Of a stretch of 64,000 nucleotides of DNA, positions 1-9,168 are shown one piece after another; the first letter of the stretch is position 1, and the number at the start of each line of letters is the position of its first letter. The position numbers and the translations under genes were made by a program. The DNA lies in the IMG/VR virus record IMGVR_UViG_3300003322_000571, positions 186,001 to 250,000 of that record; one strand, 5' to 3'. The notes under the pieces were generated by a model that was given only the letters and a program-made list of their open reading frames with translations, did no database searches and was not told the origin of the DNA.

Positions 1-129
1 ATCCAGAGCCTGCAGTTGACGATCGAAGCGATCGAAGATCAACTGACGACGGCAAACGCCAGCACGACGATCGAACTGCAAGAAGACGTTCGTCTCGTCC
101 TGGTTAACGAGAAGATTTTGGGAGAGTGA
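1..129 (+). CDS. 3' end of a hypothetical protein (truncated by window edge)
   Basis: Frame 1 is open from base 1 (IQSLQLTIEAIEDQLTT...EKILGE) to TGA at 127-129, with helical, protein-like composition. Confidence 0.5.
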   Translation: MQSLQLTIEAIEDQLTTANASTTIELQEDVRLVLVNEKILGE

Positions 130-368
130 TCTCACACGCGAAGTGGACCAGCTTCGAATCGAGGACTACAGCGTTTTTCTTTCGCAAGAAAGAACAACAA
201 CCACCTTAATGGCAACTGGTCTCTTGTTATACGTGCGCTAATTACACCCTGTTTGTTGGATTGATGGATAGTCGTACGTTCTCAGGCCTCTAATTGTTAG
301 ATTGTGCAATTGTTTGATTGTCAGAAATTGTACCTTCTTTCGTTGTCTACCACTTCGCACCTGATGTA

Positions 369-393
369 AAAAGCCGGCTAAACACCGGCTTTT
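369..393. terminator. Intrinsic terminator-like hairpin
   Basis: AAAAGCCGG-ctaaaca-CCGGCTTTT with A/T tracts on both sides, just upstream of the RBS (GGAG) of the 409 gene. Confidence 0.6.
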
Positions 394-408
394 CTTATTG
401 GAGAAAAC

Positions 409-1161
409 ATGTCACACCTTTCATTTGTTTCGTACACTGGTGCGGACGATAACACAAACGTAGAAGCACTTGCACGTTTTGTCGAAGGAAACTCACCTAC
501 GCCTCTTTCCAAAAACGTTGAGATTGCATTGCTGTACTTCCCGGAAAAGGAAGGTCAGAACCGTAATCCAACAAAGAATAAGCGGCTTGAGATCATTGAA
601 GCGCTTCCAAGGCACAATCTTGCAGTCCATCTCTGCGGTGAGCAAGTGTTTCGACAGATTCTCGAAAACGACAAAGATGTGTTCGATGAACTCGATCAGT
701 ATAGTCGCATTCAGTTGAACATCAATGCTCGGAAACAGTTGTTTACGCCGCAGGAAGTCGAAGATGTGTATTACACATTGTGGAACCGTGATTATCAATT
801 GATCTTGCAACACCACGAGAGCACACGATTCATTGTTGAAGATTTTGCGTACTCTCGTTTCCGTACGGGGTATAACGTTCCGCACATTTTGTTTGATACA
901 TCTCGCGGAAAGGGAATTGCACCTGAAATCGTGCCGCATCCTTTGCCGTGGTTGTCGTGCGGTTACGCCGGCGGTCTTAACAAAGACAACATTGCAACTG
1001 TGCGTTGTGATGTCGAAGCAATCTATCAACACATTGAGAACAGTATTACGAGCTACATTGGTGAATTTTGGATGGATCTGGAAACGGGTGCTCGAACCAA
1101 TAACGAATTTGACCTTGACGTTTGCCAACAAATCCAGGATGCTGTCAGCATTACAAAATAA
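409..1161 (+). CDS. TIM-barrel protein, phosphoribosylanthranilate isomerase (TrpF)-like
   Basis: Motifs LFDTSRGKG, GYAGGLNKDNI and WMDLETG parallel the TrpF LLDS..GGTG, LAGGL.P.NV and GVDVSSGVE phosphate-binding motifs; RBS GGAG upstream. Confidence 0.55.
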   Translation: MSHLSFVSYTGADDNTNVEALARFVEGNSPTPLSKNVEIALLYFPEKEGQNRNPTKNKRLEIIEALPRHNLAVHLCGEQVFRQILENDKDVFDELDQYSRIQLNINARKQLFTPQEVEDVYYTLWNRDYQLILQHHESTRFIVEDFAYSRFRTGYNVPHILFDTSRGKGIAPEIVPHPLPWLSCGYAGGLNKDNIATVRCDVEAIYQHIENSITSYIGEFWMDLETGARTNNEFDLDVCQQIQDAVSITK

Positions 1162-1176
1162 GAGGGAAGACCCGTA

Positions 1177-1740
1177 ATGCTATTCGCCATTTCAGGTTCA
1201 CAAGGAACCGGTAAGAGCACATTGCTGAACGCACTTAACTACCCGACTATCGAGCGAAAAACGTCTCGTTCGATTCTTGCGGATTGGGGTGTGACGCTTT
1301 CGCAAGTAAATAACGACCGACCGCTAACGATCAAATTTCAAGACGAAATCCTGCTACGCAAAGTACAGGATGAAAAAGATGCGGTCGACTCGAGTGAAAT
1401 CTACTTCACCGAACGCACATATGCCGATCTGTTTGTTTATGCGCTTGTTGCAATTGGCAAGGATAACGAATACAGTGATTGGCTCGATGATTATTACCAT
1501 CGCTGTGCGGAAGCACAAAAATCGTACCAACGTGTGTTCTATCTAACCGGTGGTCATTTTCGCCCTGTAAACGACGGTGTTCGCGCTATCAACCAGCATT
1601 ACAGCAAGATGGTTGATATGACGATGCTCGAATACACGAAGCGGATGTTTGACCTAGGTGGTGGACTTCAATTCATTGATACGCCTGATATCAATGAGCG
1701 CGTACGATTGGTCCAGCAACAAGTTCAAATCCAACAATAA
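1177..1740 (+). CDS. P-loop nucleotide kinase (AAA_28 / NadR-Ttd14 / dNMP kinase-like)
   Basis: N-terminal Walker A ISGSQGTGKST, the TERTYAD motif typical of nucleoside monophosphate kinases, and a lid-like DGVR. Confidence 0.7.
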   Translation: MLFAISGSQGTGKSTLLNALNYPTIERKTSRSILADWGVTLSQVNNDRPLTIKFQDEILLRKVQDEKDAVDSSEIYFTERTYADLFVYALVAIGKDNEYSDWLDDYYHRCAEAQKSYQRVFYLTGGHFRPVNDGVRAINQHYSKMVDMTMLEYTKRMFDLGGGLQFIDTPDINERVRLVQQQVQIQQ

Positions 1741-1755
1741 GAGAAACGTTTTTAT

Positions 1756-2838
1756 ATGTCCAATAACGAAGGTAAGTACCTGAAGCAAGCTGGCGGCCGA
1801 CTGTTCCGCTTTAATGATTACTCGAAGCACATGCCTCACCTCAAGTTCGAGTATGACGAGGACTACTACCCTGAAGATAGCGATCTGCCAGATCCACAGA
1901 TTGATCCGTTCATCCCTGGTCTTCGTGTCGAACTAAACAAGGTCGGCGTTAACGGCGTCCATCTTCCTATCAAGTTCCTCCGTCGGGACGGTACGGTGCA
2001 AGAACTTCAGGCAGAGGCTTCGCTGTATGGCTCGCTCGACAATCCTAACGCAAAAGGTCTTAACCTGTCGCGTTTCCCGATCGTCATGCACGACGAGATC
2101 GCTGACCATCTGTCAATCGACGGTCTAAAGGGTGTTCTGCAGAAGCTCCAATCGAAGCAGGGAAGTAGCAACACGTTCTGCAAACTGCGTTTCAAGTATC
2201 CGTGGACGCAAGAAGCACTGCGCACTCGTCAAGAACTGAAGCTCAGCAACTACAGTTCCGTTGAAGAATTGAAGGCAGACCCAGATTTCTTCAAGGAAGT
2301 CGAAGGTGTTTATCTCAGCCACAAGAAGGCAATTGGTCACATCTTCTACGATTGTGTTCTCGAAGCACGTTACCACACTGACGGTAACACTGGCACGTAC
2401 CGTTTCTTCTTGACTGTCGATTACGTGTACAGTTCGACTTGCCCTTGCTCTTTCGAGCTGTCGCAAGATGCAACGCTGAAGCGCGGCCAGGCTGCAAACG
2501 GTCACAGTCAACGTTCGATCGCAAAGATCACTGTTGAATTCGATCCTTCGAAGCACATCGTGTACATCGAAGATATCGTTGAGATGGCTCGCCGTCAAGT
2601 TCCGACAGAAGTTGTGATCATCTGCAAGCGTCGTGATGAACAAGCATTCGCTGAACTGAATGGTTCGAACCTGCTGTTCACGGAAGATGCATCGCGTCTG
2701 ATGTACCAAGGGCTTGACGAAATGTTCGATGCTGGTCAGATTAAGGACTTTAGCGTCGTAACAGAACACATCGAATCACTCCATCCTTGGAGTGCAACCG
2801 CAGTCGTTTACAAGGGCATTCCTGGCGGCTTGCGTTAA
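1756..2838 (+). CDS. folE2: GTP cyclohydrolase type IB (FolE2/MptA family)
   Basis: Signature motifs SSTCPCSFELS, GHSQRS, VKRRDEQ-like CKRRDEQAFAELN, FTEDASR and ESLHPWSA; N-terminal LNKVGV and KGLNLSRF. Confidence 0.9.
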   Translation: MSNNEGKYLKQAGGRLFRFNDYSKHMPHLKFEYDEDYYPEDSDLPDPQIDPFIPGLRVELNKVGVNGVHLPIKFLRRDGTVQELQAEASLYGSLDNPNAKGLNLSRFPIVMHDEIADHLSIDGLKGVLQKLQSKQGSSNTFCKLRFKYPWTQEALRTRQELKLSNYSSVEELKADPDFFKEVEGVYLSHKKAIGHIFYDCVLEARYHTDGNTGTYRFFLTVDYVYSSTCPCSFELSQDATLKRGQAANGHSQRSIAKITVEFDPSKHIVYIEDIVEMARRQVPTEVVIICKRRDEQAFAELNGSNLLFTEDASRLMYQGLDEMFDAGQIKDFSVVTEHIESLHPWSATAVVYKGIPGGLR

Positions 2839-2850
2839 TAGGAGAACTAT

Positions 2851-3030
2851 ATGACGACACAAGTAACAATTCTCAATCATGGCCCAGACCATGTTGAAAT
2901 CTTCAATGTAACACCGACGGGTGAACATACCGTGCAACAGCTTGCTCCTGGTTCATTCCGACAAGTGTATGTTCATCAAACGCAAGATTTGAAGATCGTT
3001 GAGATTCGACCGCAGCCAAAGACTGCATAA
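2851..3030 (+). CDS. Small hypothetical protein (59 aa, absent from the ORF track)
   Basis: ATG at 2851 preceded by AGGAGA; reads MTTQVTILNHGPDHVEIF...QPKTA to TAA 3030 and is followed directly by a terminator. Confidence 0.7.
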   Translation: MTTQVTILNHGPDHVEIFNVTPTGEHTVQQLAPGSFRQVYVHQTQDLKIVEIRPQPKTA

Positions 3031-3032
3031 AC

Positions 3033-3056
3033 AAAAGGGCCCGTGAGGCCCTTTTT
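3033..3056. terminator. Bidirectional intrinsic terminator
   Basis: AAAAGGGCC-cgtga-GGCCCTTTTT between convergent genes. Confidence 0.85.
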
Positions 3057-3058
3057 CT

Positions 3059-5872
3059 TTAGCTGATTCCCTGTCCGTGAACAAGCCAGTCGGTTGCACT
3101 AACTTTACGGAGTTCAACGACAGCGTACTGTGCGAGGGATCTATTACCTGTAACCCCCGAGCCAGTTCCAACCCAACGCAATACCATTCCTGGATCGAAT
3201 GTCAATTGATTACCTGTGACAGAACCAACATAGATGGTTACTTTGGCACCAACAGGAACGGAAGGATCGCTCGGTACAGTAACTGTTAAGTTGTTTGCAC
3301 TGACGATAATAACACCGTTGTTATCTGATGCGGATATCACAGTTGACGTAGTTGTATTGCGGACTGTTCCGCTCTTTTCAACCCACAACAACTTCGTGCC
3401 ATCGTTAGACAGAATCTTGTTATCGTTCGATGTGTAAGATGGTAGTCCAGAACCATCGTATGAATACAAAGTGCTTGAGGTAGCAGCTTGTGCATCTGTC
3501 ACGATCTTCGCAAGCAACATTCGAGAGAAAGAGGCAGGCAGAAGCTGTGTTGACACCGTTACAAACACTCCTGTACGTGATCCAGTATCCTTTGTTACGT
3601 AAATGTAGTTTGTTGCATTTGGCAACAGAGAAACCGACGTCGTAGGCGTTTTCGTGAGGTAACCACCAAGGAAAATAGGATATTCAACAAGATACGCAAC
3701 AAGGCCTACAGCAGCTTCAACCGTGTAGAACTTTTGCGGACGAGAGACAGATCCGTCAATCCATTGTACTTCTGTAATTGAAGTTCCCGTTTCAACGTTG
3801 CGAGAGCTGACAACTACCGCAGATGCTGACGACACTTCTGCCATTGACATGAAGTATCCGAAAGTAGATGAAATACCAAATGTACGTGCAGAAATATTCG
3901 ATGCACCGTATGTACCGTATTGTCCGGTTCCGTTTACACCTGTAGGTAAGAACTTGTTTGCAAGGTACGTCGTACTTGTGTTATTAGTCGTGTCGAAGAT
4001 GTTGACGTACTGGTTAGAGCCGCCAATGAACGGAATCGTCATATGGTACAGCATCTTACCTGACGCAGTCAGGATAGAACCACCTGTATAGTAGTTCAAA
4101 TTTGCTGTATCACCACGTGCGGTGTTTCCGTCCGCTACCGCTGTTGCTGCTTGTTCACCGCCGACAAGAGACCACGTTGATCCGCTCCACGTCGCAATGT
4201 ATTGTTTTTGGTCCACAGCATGGACAACAAACCATACCTGAGGCGTAGAAGTACTTCCGTTCCAAACAGGTTGTGAATAAGAAGCGATGTTGATTCCACT
4301 GACAGTTGTAGGAATAACGGGAACGTTAACAGATGTAGCAGTGTACGTCAAAGCTGTTCCTGAAGCAGTCGTTGTATAGATTGGACTTCCTGGCATAGCC
4401 CAGTAGCTAACAGGAGACCCACCGACCATCGTCGAACCATGCAATTCGTTAACCCAGTTGTTCTTTACAATAGTTGGGATACCAGGCTGGTTTTGTGGAG
4501 CAATATATGCGGTTGGCGCATCGAGCTTTAGTGTATCGTTAGTTGTAGGCCCGCTCGTGAAGCTTGTTGTGCTAAATGTAGCAGCGATAGAATTATTACC
4601 ATAGCGAACACTTCCACCATTGAATACAGCGGTAGAATCGTAAATACGAGCGGCGCCTAGTCCTTTAGACCAAGCTGAACCGTCGGGAATTGTAACCTCG
4701 AAGCTGAGCGTTTGAAGTCCAGCGGTATTAGCTCCCATTGTTTTGAGGATTGTACCTGCTGTATATTTGTAGAACGTACCAGCCGTCGTTGATTCAAATG
4801 TGCCACGGCGTGAAAAATATGTCTGACCGCTGTATTCATCGACAATGAATCCGTCAACAAACCCGCTCGTACCGTAGTAGCGAGACATACCACCCGTGTC
4901 TGTATCCCAGGTATCATCTGATAGTTGACGGTAACGATATGTACCATTCTTAATCGTGATGTAGTTTGTTGGTGTGCCTGCCCCTGTATCAAACCACGTC
5001 TTCGGAATGCTCCATGCGATTGAGATACCGAAACCGTCTTCGTGAGCACCTGAAGCATCAGAGTAAGGAGCAAAGTAGTGCCATACACTATTGAAAGCTT
5101 CTGTGTTACGATTCCAAGAGAACGGACACATCAATCCACCAACAGTATATCCCGGACCTTGAATACGAGATACAGTACGACCAGCACCTGTGTGATCTGT
5201 AATGTCAACGTCATTCGTGTAATCAATTAGGACTTGCTGGCGGAGCAAGTTCATTGACGTGTCATACACGTACAAAGTAGCATTCGTACCCGTCGCTGAT
5301 GTAAAGCGCAAAATTCGCTCATTCAATCCTGTGTTGATCAATGCCCAGTTTGTAGTACCACCGATGGACGTAACGTCCTGCAACAGTGTCCAGTCTTGGT
5401 ACTGTGAAGATCCGTTTGTGCGAACCAACAATACACGGCCAGTTGACGTGATCAACGTGATGAAATTTGTACCGAGATTGGAAACAAACTGAACAACTTC
5501 ACCACCAGATACAAATGACGGAGCGATAGGTGCATTGTCAAAGATAAATGATTGATTTTCGTTGTAACGATATGCACGGTACAAGTTAGCAACACCAATG
5601 ATTGGTGAACGTGCTGTGAAGTAGATAACTTGTCGCGATTGGTTGTCTACGAAAATCATCGGTGCTTGCCCCCAAGAACCTAGAGCAAACTTGAAGTCAG
5701 AATAGACAGGAACAATCGAATCTGATGATGTTTGACCAGCTTTAGGACCATATGTCAAAAAATCAGCATCGTCGACGTATGTGCGGGACGTCAATACGTC
5801 AGTTGCGGATCCGGCAGTACCGCCGATGGTCACCGTATTGATTTGATTAGCGCGGATAAGAGGTTGTGTCAT
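3059..5872 (-). CDS. Large tail fibre / receptor-binding-like virion protein (937 aa)
   Basis: Rich in Thr/Ser/Gly and beta-strand sequence; N-terminus MTQPLIRANQI matches other fibre genes here; C-terminal adhesin-like domain (GQGIS); late promoter upstream. Confidence 0.6.
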   Translation of the reverse strand: MTQPLIRANQINTVTIGGTAGSATDVLTSRTYVDDADFLTYGPKAGQTSSDSIVPVYSDFKFALGSWGQAPMIFVDNQSRQVIYFTARSPIIGVANLYRAYRYNENQSFIFDNAPIAPSFVSGGEVVQFVSNLGTNFITLITSTGRVLLVRTNGSSQYQDWTLLQDVTSIGGTTNWALINTGLNERILRFTSATGTNATLYVYDTSMNLLRQQVLIDYTNDVDITDHTGAGRTVSRIQGPGYTVGGLMCPFSWNRNTEAFNSVWHYFAPYSDASGAHEDGFGISIAWSIPKTWFDTGAGTPTNYITIKNGTYRYRQLSDDTWDTDTGGMSRYYGTSGFVDGFIVDEYSGQTYFSRRGTFESTTAGTFYKYTAGTILKTMGANTAGLQTLSFEVTIPDGSAWSKGLGAARIYDSTAVFNGGSVRYGNNSIAATFSTTSFTSGPTTNDTLKLDAPTAYIAPQNQPGIPTIVKNNWVNELHGSTMVGGSPVSYWAMPGSPIYTTTASGTALTYTATSVNVPVIPTTVSGINIASYSQPVWNGSTSTPQVWFVVHAVDQKQYIATWSGSTWSLVGGEQAATAVADGNTARGDTANLNYYTGGSILTASGKMLYHMTIPFIGGSNQYVNIFDTTNNTSTTYLANKFLPTGVNGTGQYGTYGASNISARTFGISSTFGYFMSMAEVSSASAVVVSSRNVETGTSITEVQWIDGSVSRPQKFYTVEAAVGLVAYLVEYPIFLGGYLTKTPTTSVSLLPNATNYIYVTKDTGSRTGVFVTVSTQLLPASFSRMLLAKIVTDAQAATSSTLYSYDGSGLPSYTSNDNKILSNDGTKLLWVEKSGTVRNTTTSTVISASDNNGVIIVSANNLTVTVPSDPSVPVGAKVTIYVGSVTGNQLTFDPGMVLRWVGTGSGVTGNRSLAQYAVVELRKVSATDWLVHGQGIS

Positions 5873-5888
5873 AGTTATATCCAGTAAG

Positions 5889-5936
5889 CTCGTATTTATT
5901 GACCTGTAACACTATGAAAGACGTAATAAATACGAG
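5889..5936. promoter_or_regulatory. Back-to-back divergent late promoters (ATAAATA) forming a 12-bp inverted repeat
   Basis: CTCGTATTTATT (5889-5900) and AATAAATACGAG (5925-5936) are exact reverse complements, placed upstream of the divergent genes starting at 5872(-) and 5955(+). Confidence 0.7.
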
Positions 5937-5954
5937 ATGCAAAAGGACTAAGCC

Positions 5955-6422
5955 ATGAAATTTCTCGCCGAATTATTGACCGATTATCGCCGTCTTGGAC
6001 AACAAGATGATTCTGTGCCTCCGCTTCCTAGCGAAGACGGCACGGGAGAATATGATCTTGACAGCGAAGAAGATATCGATGATACGTTGCCAGATCCCAA
6101 CGGTGAGGAGAATGCAGATCCTGATCCAGACCTCGATGGAGTCGTCAGTCAAGCGTCTGAAGATCCAAATCGTGCAGGTCTGATCCGCACAGTCAAGGAT
6201 GCACATTTGGTGTATAAGCGCAAGACGGAAGATGGATCTTTTGAAGAGTTGTGGATTTACAATGTCAGTTCGCTACGCGGTGATCTTGACATTCGTAAGG
6301 CTATTTTGGCAGGCACAGATATCCCTGTTACAAAAACGCGTTCCCCTGATGGTCAACAGTCGTACGAGCTGTGGTCCGCAGGAAACGCTGAATTGATGCG
6401 AATCGAAGGTCTTCCGAATTAA
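5955..6422 (+). CDS. Hypothetical late protein with acidic N-terminal region
   Basis: 155-aa ORF with an RBS and an upstream ATAAATA; N-terminus MKFLAELL. Confidence 0.7.
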   Translation: MKFLAELLTDYRRLGQQDDSVPPLPSEDGTGEYDLDSEEDIDDTLPDPNGEENADPDPDLDGVVSQASEDPNRAGLIRTVKDAHLVYKRKTEDGSFEELWIYNVSSLRGDLDIRKAILAGTDIPVTKTRSPDGQQSYELWSAGNAELMRIEGLPN

Positions 6423-6488
6423 CGTTTGTTGACCAAACACGGGTACAGATAGGAACATAGAGTCATTCTATAACAATAAGAGGACTCT

Positions 6489-6758
6489 ATGTCACCAGAC
6501 ACCACGCATGCGGAACTCCGCAATACCCGCCAGGCAGAATGGGCCGCCGCCATTGATGCAGAACTACAGTATCTGCTCGGTGAAATGTCCACTCTTGTGA
6601 AAGAGAAGAATACTGCTCAGACTACAACGAAGCGCAAGTACTATGAGAAGAAGATCGGCAAGATCAAACCTCAAGTGATGCAAATGCTCGCTGCGCAAGC
6701 ACATCTGAACAAAGACAAACCCGTTGAAGCAGAAGCCGATGTCAATGCTCAAGCATAA
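6489..6758 (+). CDS. Hypothetical protein (coiled coil)
   Basis: 89-aa ORF with RBS AGAGGA; helical and Lys/Glu-rich. Confidence 0.7.
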   Translation: MSPDTTHAELRNTRQAEWAAAIDAELQYLLGEMSTLVKEKNTAQTTTKRKYYEKKIGKIKPQVMQMLAAQAHLNKDKPVEAEADVNAQA

Positions 6759-7158
6759 TATTGATTGGCCTTCTGTCATCATCGCAGCAGAAGCTGCACG
6801 TGAGCCATTCGAAGAGGTGAAGATTGTTACTGCTCGCAGTAAGTTTGTCGAGCAGGCGTACAGTGCAGCTTACGCGATGTACAAAGATCAAGTTCCTGAC
6901 ATGCTCAATGAGCAAAGCGTCAAGAAGCTAGCACAAGTGTTGATTGGAACGAACAAAATGTTCGTTCAAGAGGCGGTCGAAGTAGGCGATAACGGAATTA
7001 CAATTACGGTTAACGCCCCCACGATTACTGATGAACACTCTTTGTATGCACTCGATTTGCTTGCAAAAGCACTCGATCAATTGAATGATGAACACGGGAC
7101 TGTGTATTTCGGCGAAGAGTTGAGGTTCTCTGTCGCCGAAACACTTGAACTGTTGTAA
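6739..7158 (+). CDS. Hypothetical protein
   Basis: ORF 6724-7158; probable start at ATG 6739 or 6745, overlapping the stop of the preceding gene. Confidence 0.6.
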   Translation: MSMLKHNIDWPSVIIAAEAAREPFEEVKIVTARSKFVEQAYSAAYAMYKDQVPDMLNEQSVKKLAQVLIGTNKMFVQEAVEVGDNGITITVNAPTITDEHSLYALDLLAKALDQLNDEHGTVYFGEELRFSVAETLELL

Positions 7159-7947
7159 TTAACGATTCGCTTCCTCGCGTGTAACTGTCTGCAGATGCAT
7201 TTGCAGGTGGTAGACAATTTCCCACACGTTTGGAACGATTCGCTGCTTTTCCCAATCCATATAGATGCTGGAGAACGCGTTGATAATCTGCGTGATCTCT
7301 TGCATCTTACTTTGGTCGTGCCAGAAAAGTTTGACAATGTCAAACTTTTCTCGTTCCCACTTTTCCTTCATCTGACCGAGCGTCGGAGCAGTACCGAAGA
7401 GCAGGACGTTTTGCGGTGTTCCTGGCTCATGGATGATGTAGTACACCTCAACCTTTTGAGCTTCTTGTCGGACTTCAATTTTCTCGGTTACTTTGTTGCC
7501 GAGCCAGTGATTCCAGCTACGCCAATCACTATACACCAGCTCGGGACGAGCTGGAATGTCAGCAGGAAGATTACCTTCTACTTTACACCATTCGAACCAT
7601 TCGTTCGCGGAGCTGAGTTTCAGTTGATGAACAAAAAGCGTCGCTTCGAGCAGGGGCTTCCATTTCGTGCCGATTTTCTCGTTGAACTTGTTATTCGTTC
7701 CAAGGAAATCGTTCCAGGACGTCCACTCATCAACGTACACGCGGTACGGGTAGCGAGGAATTGCTTTCGGTTTATTGGCGTCGTGCCAGTCGAAGAATTT
7801 ACCGCGCGAAGGAATCATTTCACCGCGAACAAACTCCCTAGCCTCGTTCCAAGGTAGGTAGTTGTCGTTCTTGGGGCGACCGCGCCGCTTTTCTTCCTTC
7901 TTTACAGGTGCCTTAGGACCGTCATCAATTTCTACTTGTTCGCTCAT
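7159..7947 (-). CDS. Protein with AT-hook-like motif and two Trp-rich 'integrase repeat'-like units
   Basis: KRRGRPK, then two ~55-aa repeats of the form P..EA..F......S..(F/W)..W.......IP..P..VY..W.SW..(F/W)LG; no tyrosine-recombinase catalytic domain. Confidence 0.55.
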   Translation of the reverse strand: MSEQVEIDDGPKAPVKKEEKRRGRPKNDNYLPWNEAREFVRGEMIPSRGKFFDWHDANKPKAIPRYPYRVYVDEWTSWNDFLGTNNKFNEKIGTKWKPLLEATLFVHQLKLSSANEWFEWCKVEGNLPADIPARPELVYSDWRSWNHWLGNKVTEKIEVRQEAQKVEVYYIIHEPGTPQNVLLFGTAPTLGQMKEKWEREKFDIVKLFWHDQSKMQEITQIINAFSSIYMDWEKQRIVPNVWEIVYHLQMHLQTVTREEANR

Positions 7948-8540
7948 GGATTTTGCAAATCTTCAGTGGTTGTTGTGTACAGACCCAGATGGCGCAGCTG
8001 CGCTTCTCTCCATGTAGATGGAGCTTGTTGTCCTGTAAACACATCGGTATATGCTTGCTTCATTTGTGAAGCGCACAATTGCGGCGGAACTTTACCAACA
8101 CCAGTACCTAAGCCTGTGATAATGATACTCTTAAATTCCTTCTTGCGCATCTGCAAGAAAGCAGCGCGAGCCGCTAGGTAAGGATTGATCGTATTTGGTC
8201 CAAGAACCATCGGAACACGCATAGTTGGTGCCACGATTAGATATGGCCATAATTGATGATTTGTTAGTTGTGTAAATGCTTGTCCAACTAACAGTTCACC
8301 GTCATAGATGTCATTAATTACGCGCTTCACGTCGCGTTCGACGCTCTCCCCTAGCACTGAGGTTAGCAAATAATCAAAACCGCCATCCATAAATCCGTAG
8401 CTATTGGCTGGACTGACGATTGCTGTAGCTGAAACGGAAAATGCCGATTCAATGATTTTTATCTCAGGACAATCGCTGAACTGTTCAGCCCAGGCGTCGC
8501 GCAAGAGAGGCGACGTATCTGCTAAGAAGACTGTTCTCAT
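7944..8540 (-). CDS. Macrodomain (Appr-1''-p / ADP-ribose hydrolase family) protein
   Basis: AIVSPANSYGFMDGGFD and ITGLGTGVG are the canonical macrodomain ADP-ribose-binding loops. Confidence 0.9.
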   Translation of the reverse strand: MRTVFLADTSPLLRDAWAEQFSDCPEIKIIESAFSVSATAIVSPANSYGFMDGGFDYLLTSVLGESVERDVKRVINDIYDGELLVGQAFTQLTNHQLWPYLIVAPTMRVPMVLGPNTINPYLAARAAFLQMRKKEFKSIIITGLGTGVGKVPPQLCASQMKQAYTDVFTGQQAPSTWREAQLRHLGLYTTTTEDLQNP

Positions 8541-9151
8541 TGTGCTTTCTCAAAACGCTGATTAACAACTTCCCAGTTGATAATATCGAAGATTTGCTGA
8601 ACGTATGTCTTACGATCTGCAGCATATTGCTCGTCGTACAGGTAAGCATGTTCCCACACATCGATCGTCAAGATAGGGACATCTCCCGATTCAGAAAGAG
8701 GATTACGTGCATTAGGAGTCGTCTTAATCTTCAGATTGCTACCGTTCCAAATCAACCACGCCCAACCTGAACCGAATTGATCGACTGCTTTTTCTACAAA
8801 CTGCTTCTTGAATGTTTCAAACGATCCAAAAGCATCGTTGACTTCAGCTAGAATCGCTTCAGACGGTTTTCCAGATTGATTCTTAGGGCAGAGTGATTCA
8901 AAGTAAAAGACATGATTCCAAGCCTGTGCTGCGTTGTTGAACAGTTTCGAGTCCAACTTCATAATCATGTCGCGTGTGAGCAAGTCCGACAACTCAGTGA
9001 ACTTCTCGTATACTGTTCCCTTGATCAACTTGTTTGTTACATCAAAGTACTTTGCCATATGCTTGGAATAATGCAAGTCAACTTGTCGCTTTGACAAAAT
9101 TGGCTCTAGCGCATCGAGTGCATACGGAAGTTTTGGTTGTTCAAAAGCCAT
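8537..9151 (-). CDS. sodB: Fe/Mn superoxide dismutase, Fe-type signature
   Basis: LPY..DALEP, metal ligands in LHYSKH, AQAWNH and DVWEHAY, plus FGSGWAWL; AAQ at the specificity position indicates Fe-SOD. Confidence 0.92.
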   Translation of the reverse strand: MAFEQPKLPYALDALEPILSKRQVDLHYSKHMAKYFDVTNKLIKGTVYEKFTELSDLLTRDMIMKLDSKLFNNAAQAWNHVFYFESLCPKNQSGKPSEAILAEVNDAFGSFETFKKQFVEKAVDQFGSGWAWLIWNGSNLKIKTTPNARNPLSESGDVPILTIDVWEHAYLYDEQYAADRKTYVQQIFDIINWEVVNQRFEKAQ

Positions 9152-9168
9152 GTTGTTCTCCTTTGCGG

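Noticed and set aside
1756-2838. Complete 7-deazaguanine DNA-modification cluster
   Set aside because: Only the GTP cyclohydrolase is present; no queC, queD, queE or dpdA-like gene is in this window, so it is kept as a hypothesis only.
7159-7947. Integrase / temperate lifestyle
   Set aside because: Only repeat units are present, with no R-H-R-Y tyrosine recombinase or serine recombinase motifs and no att-like context.
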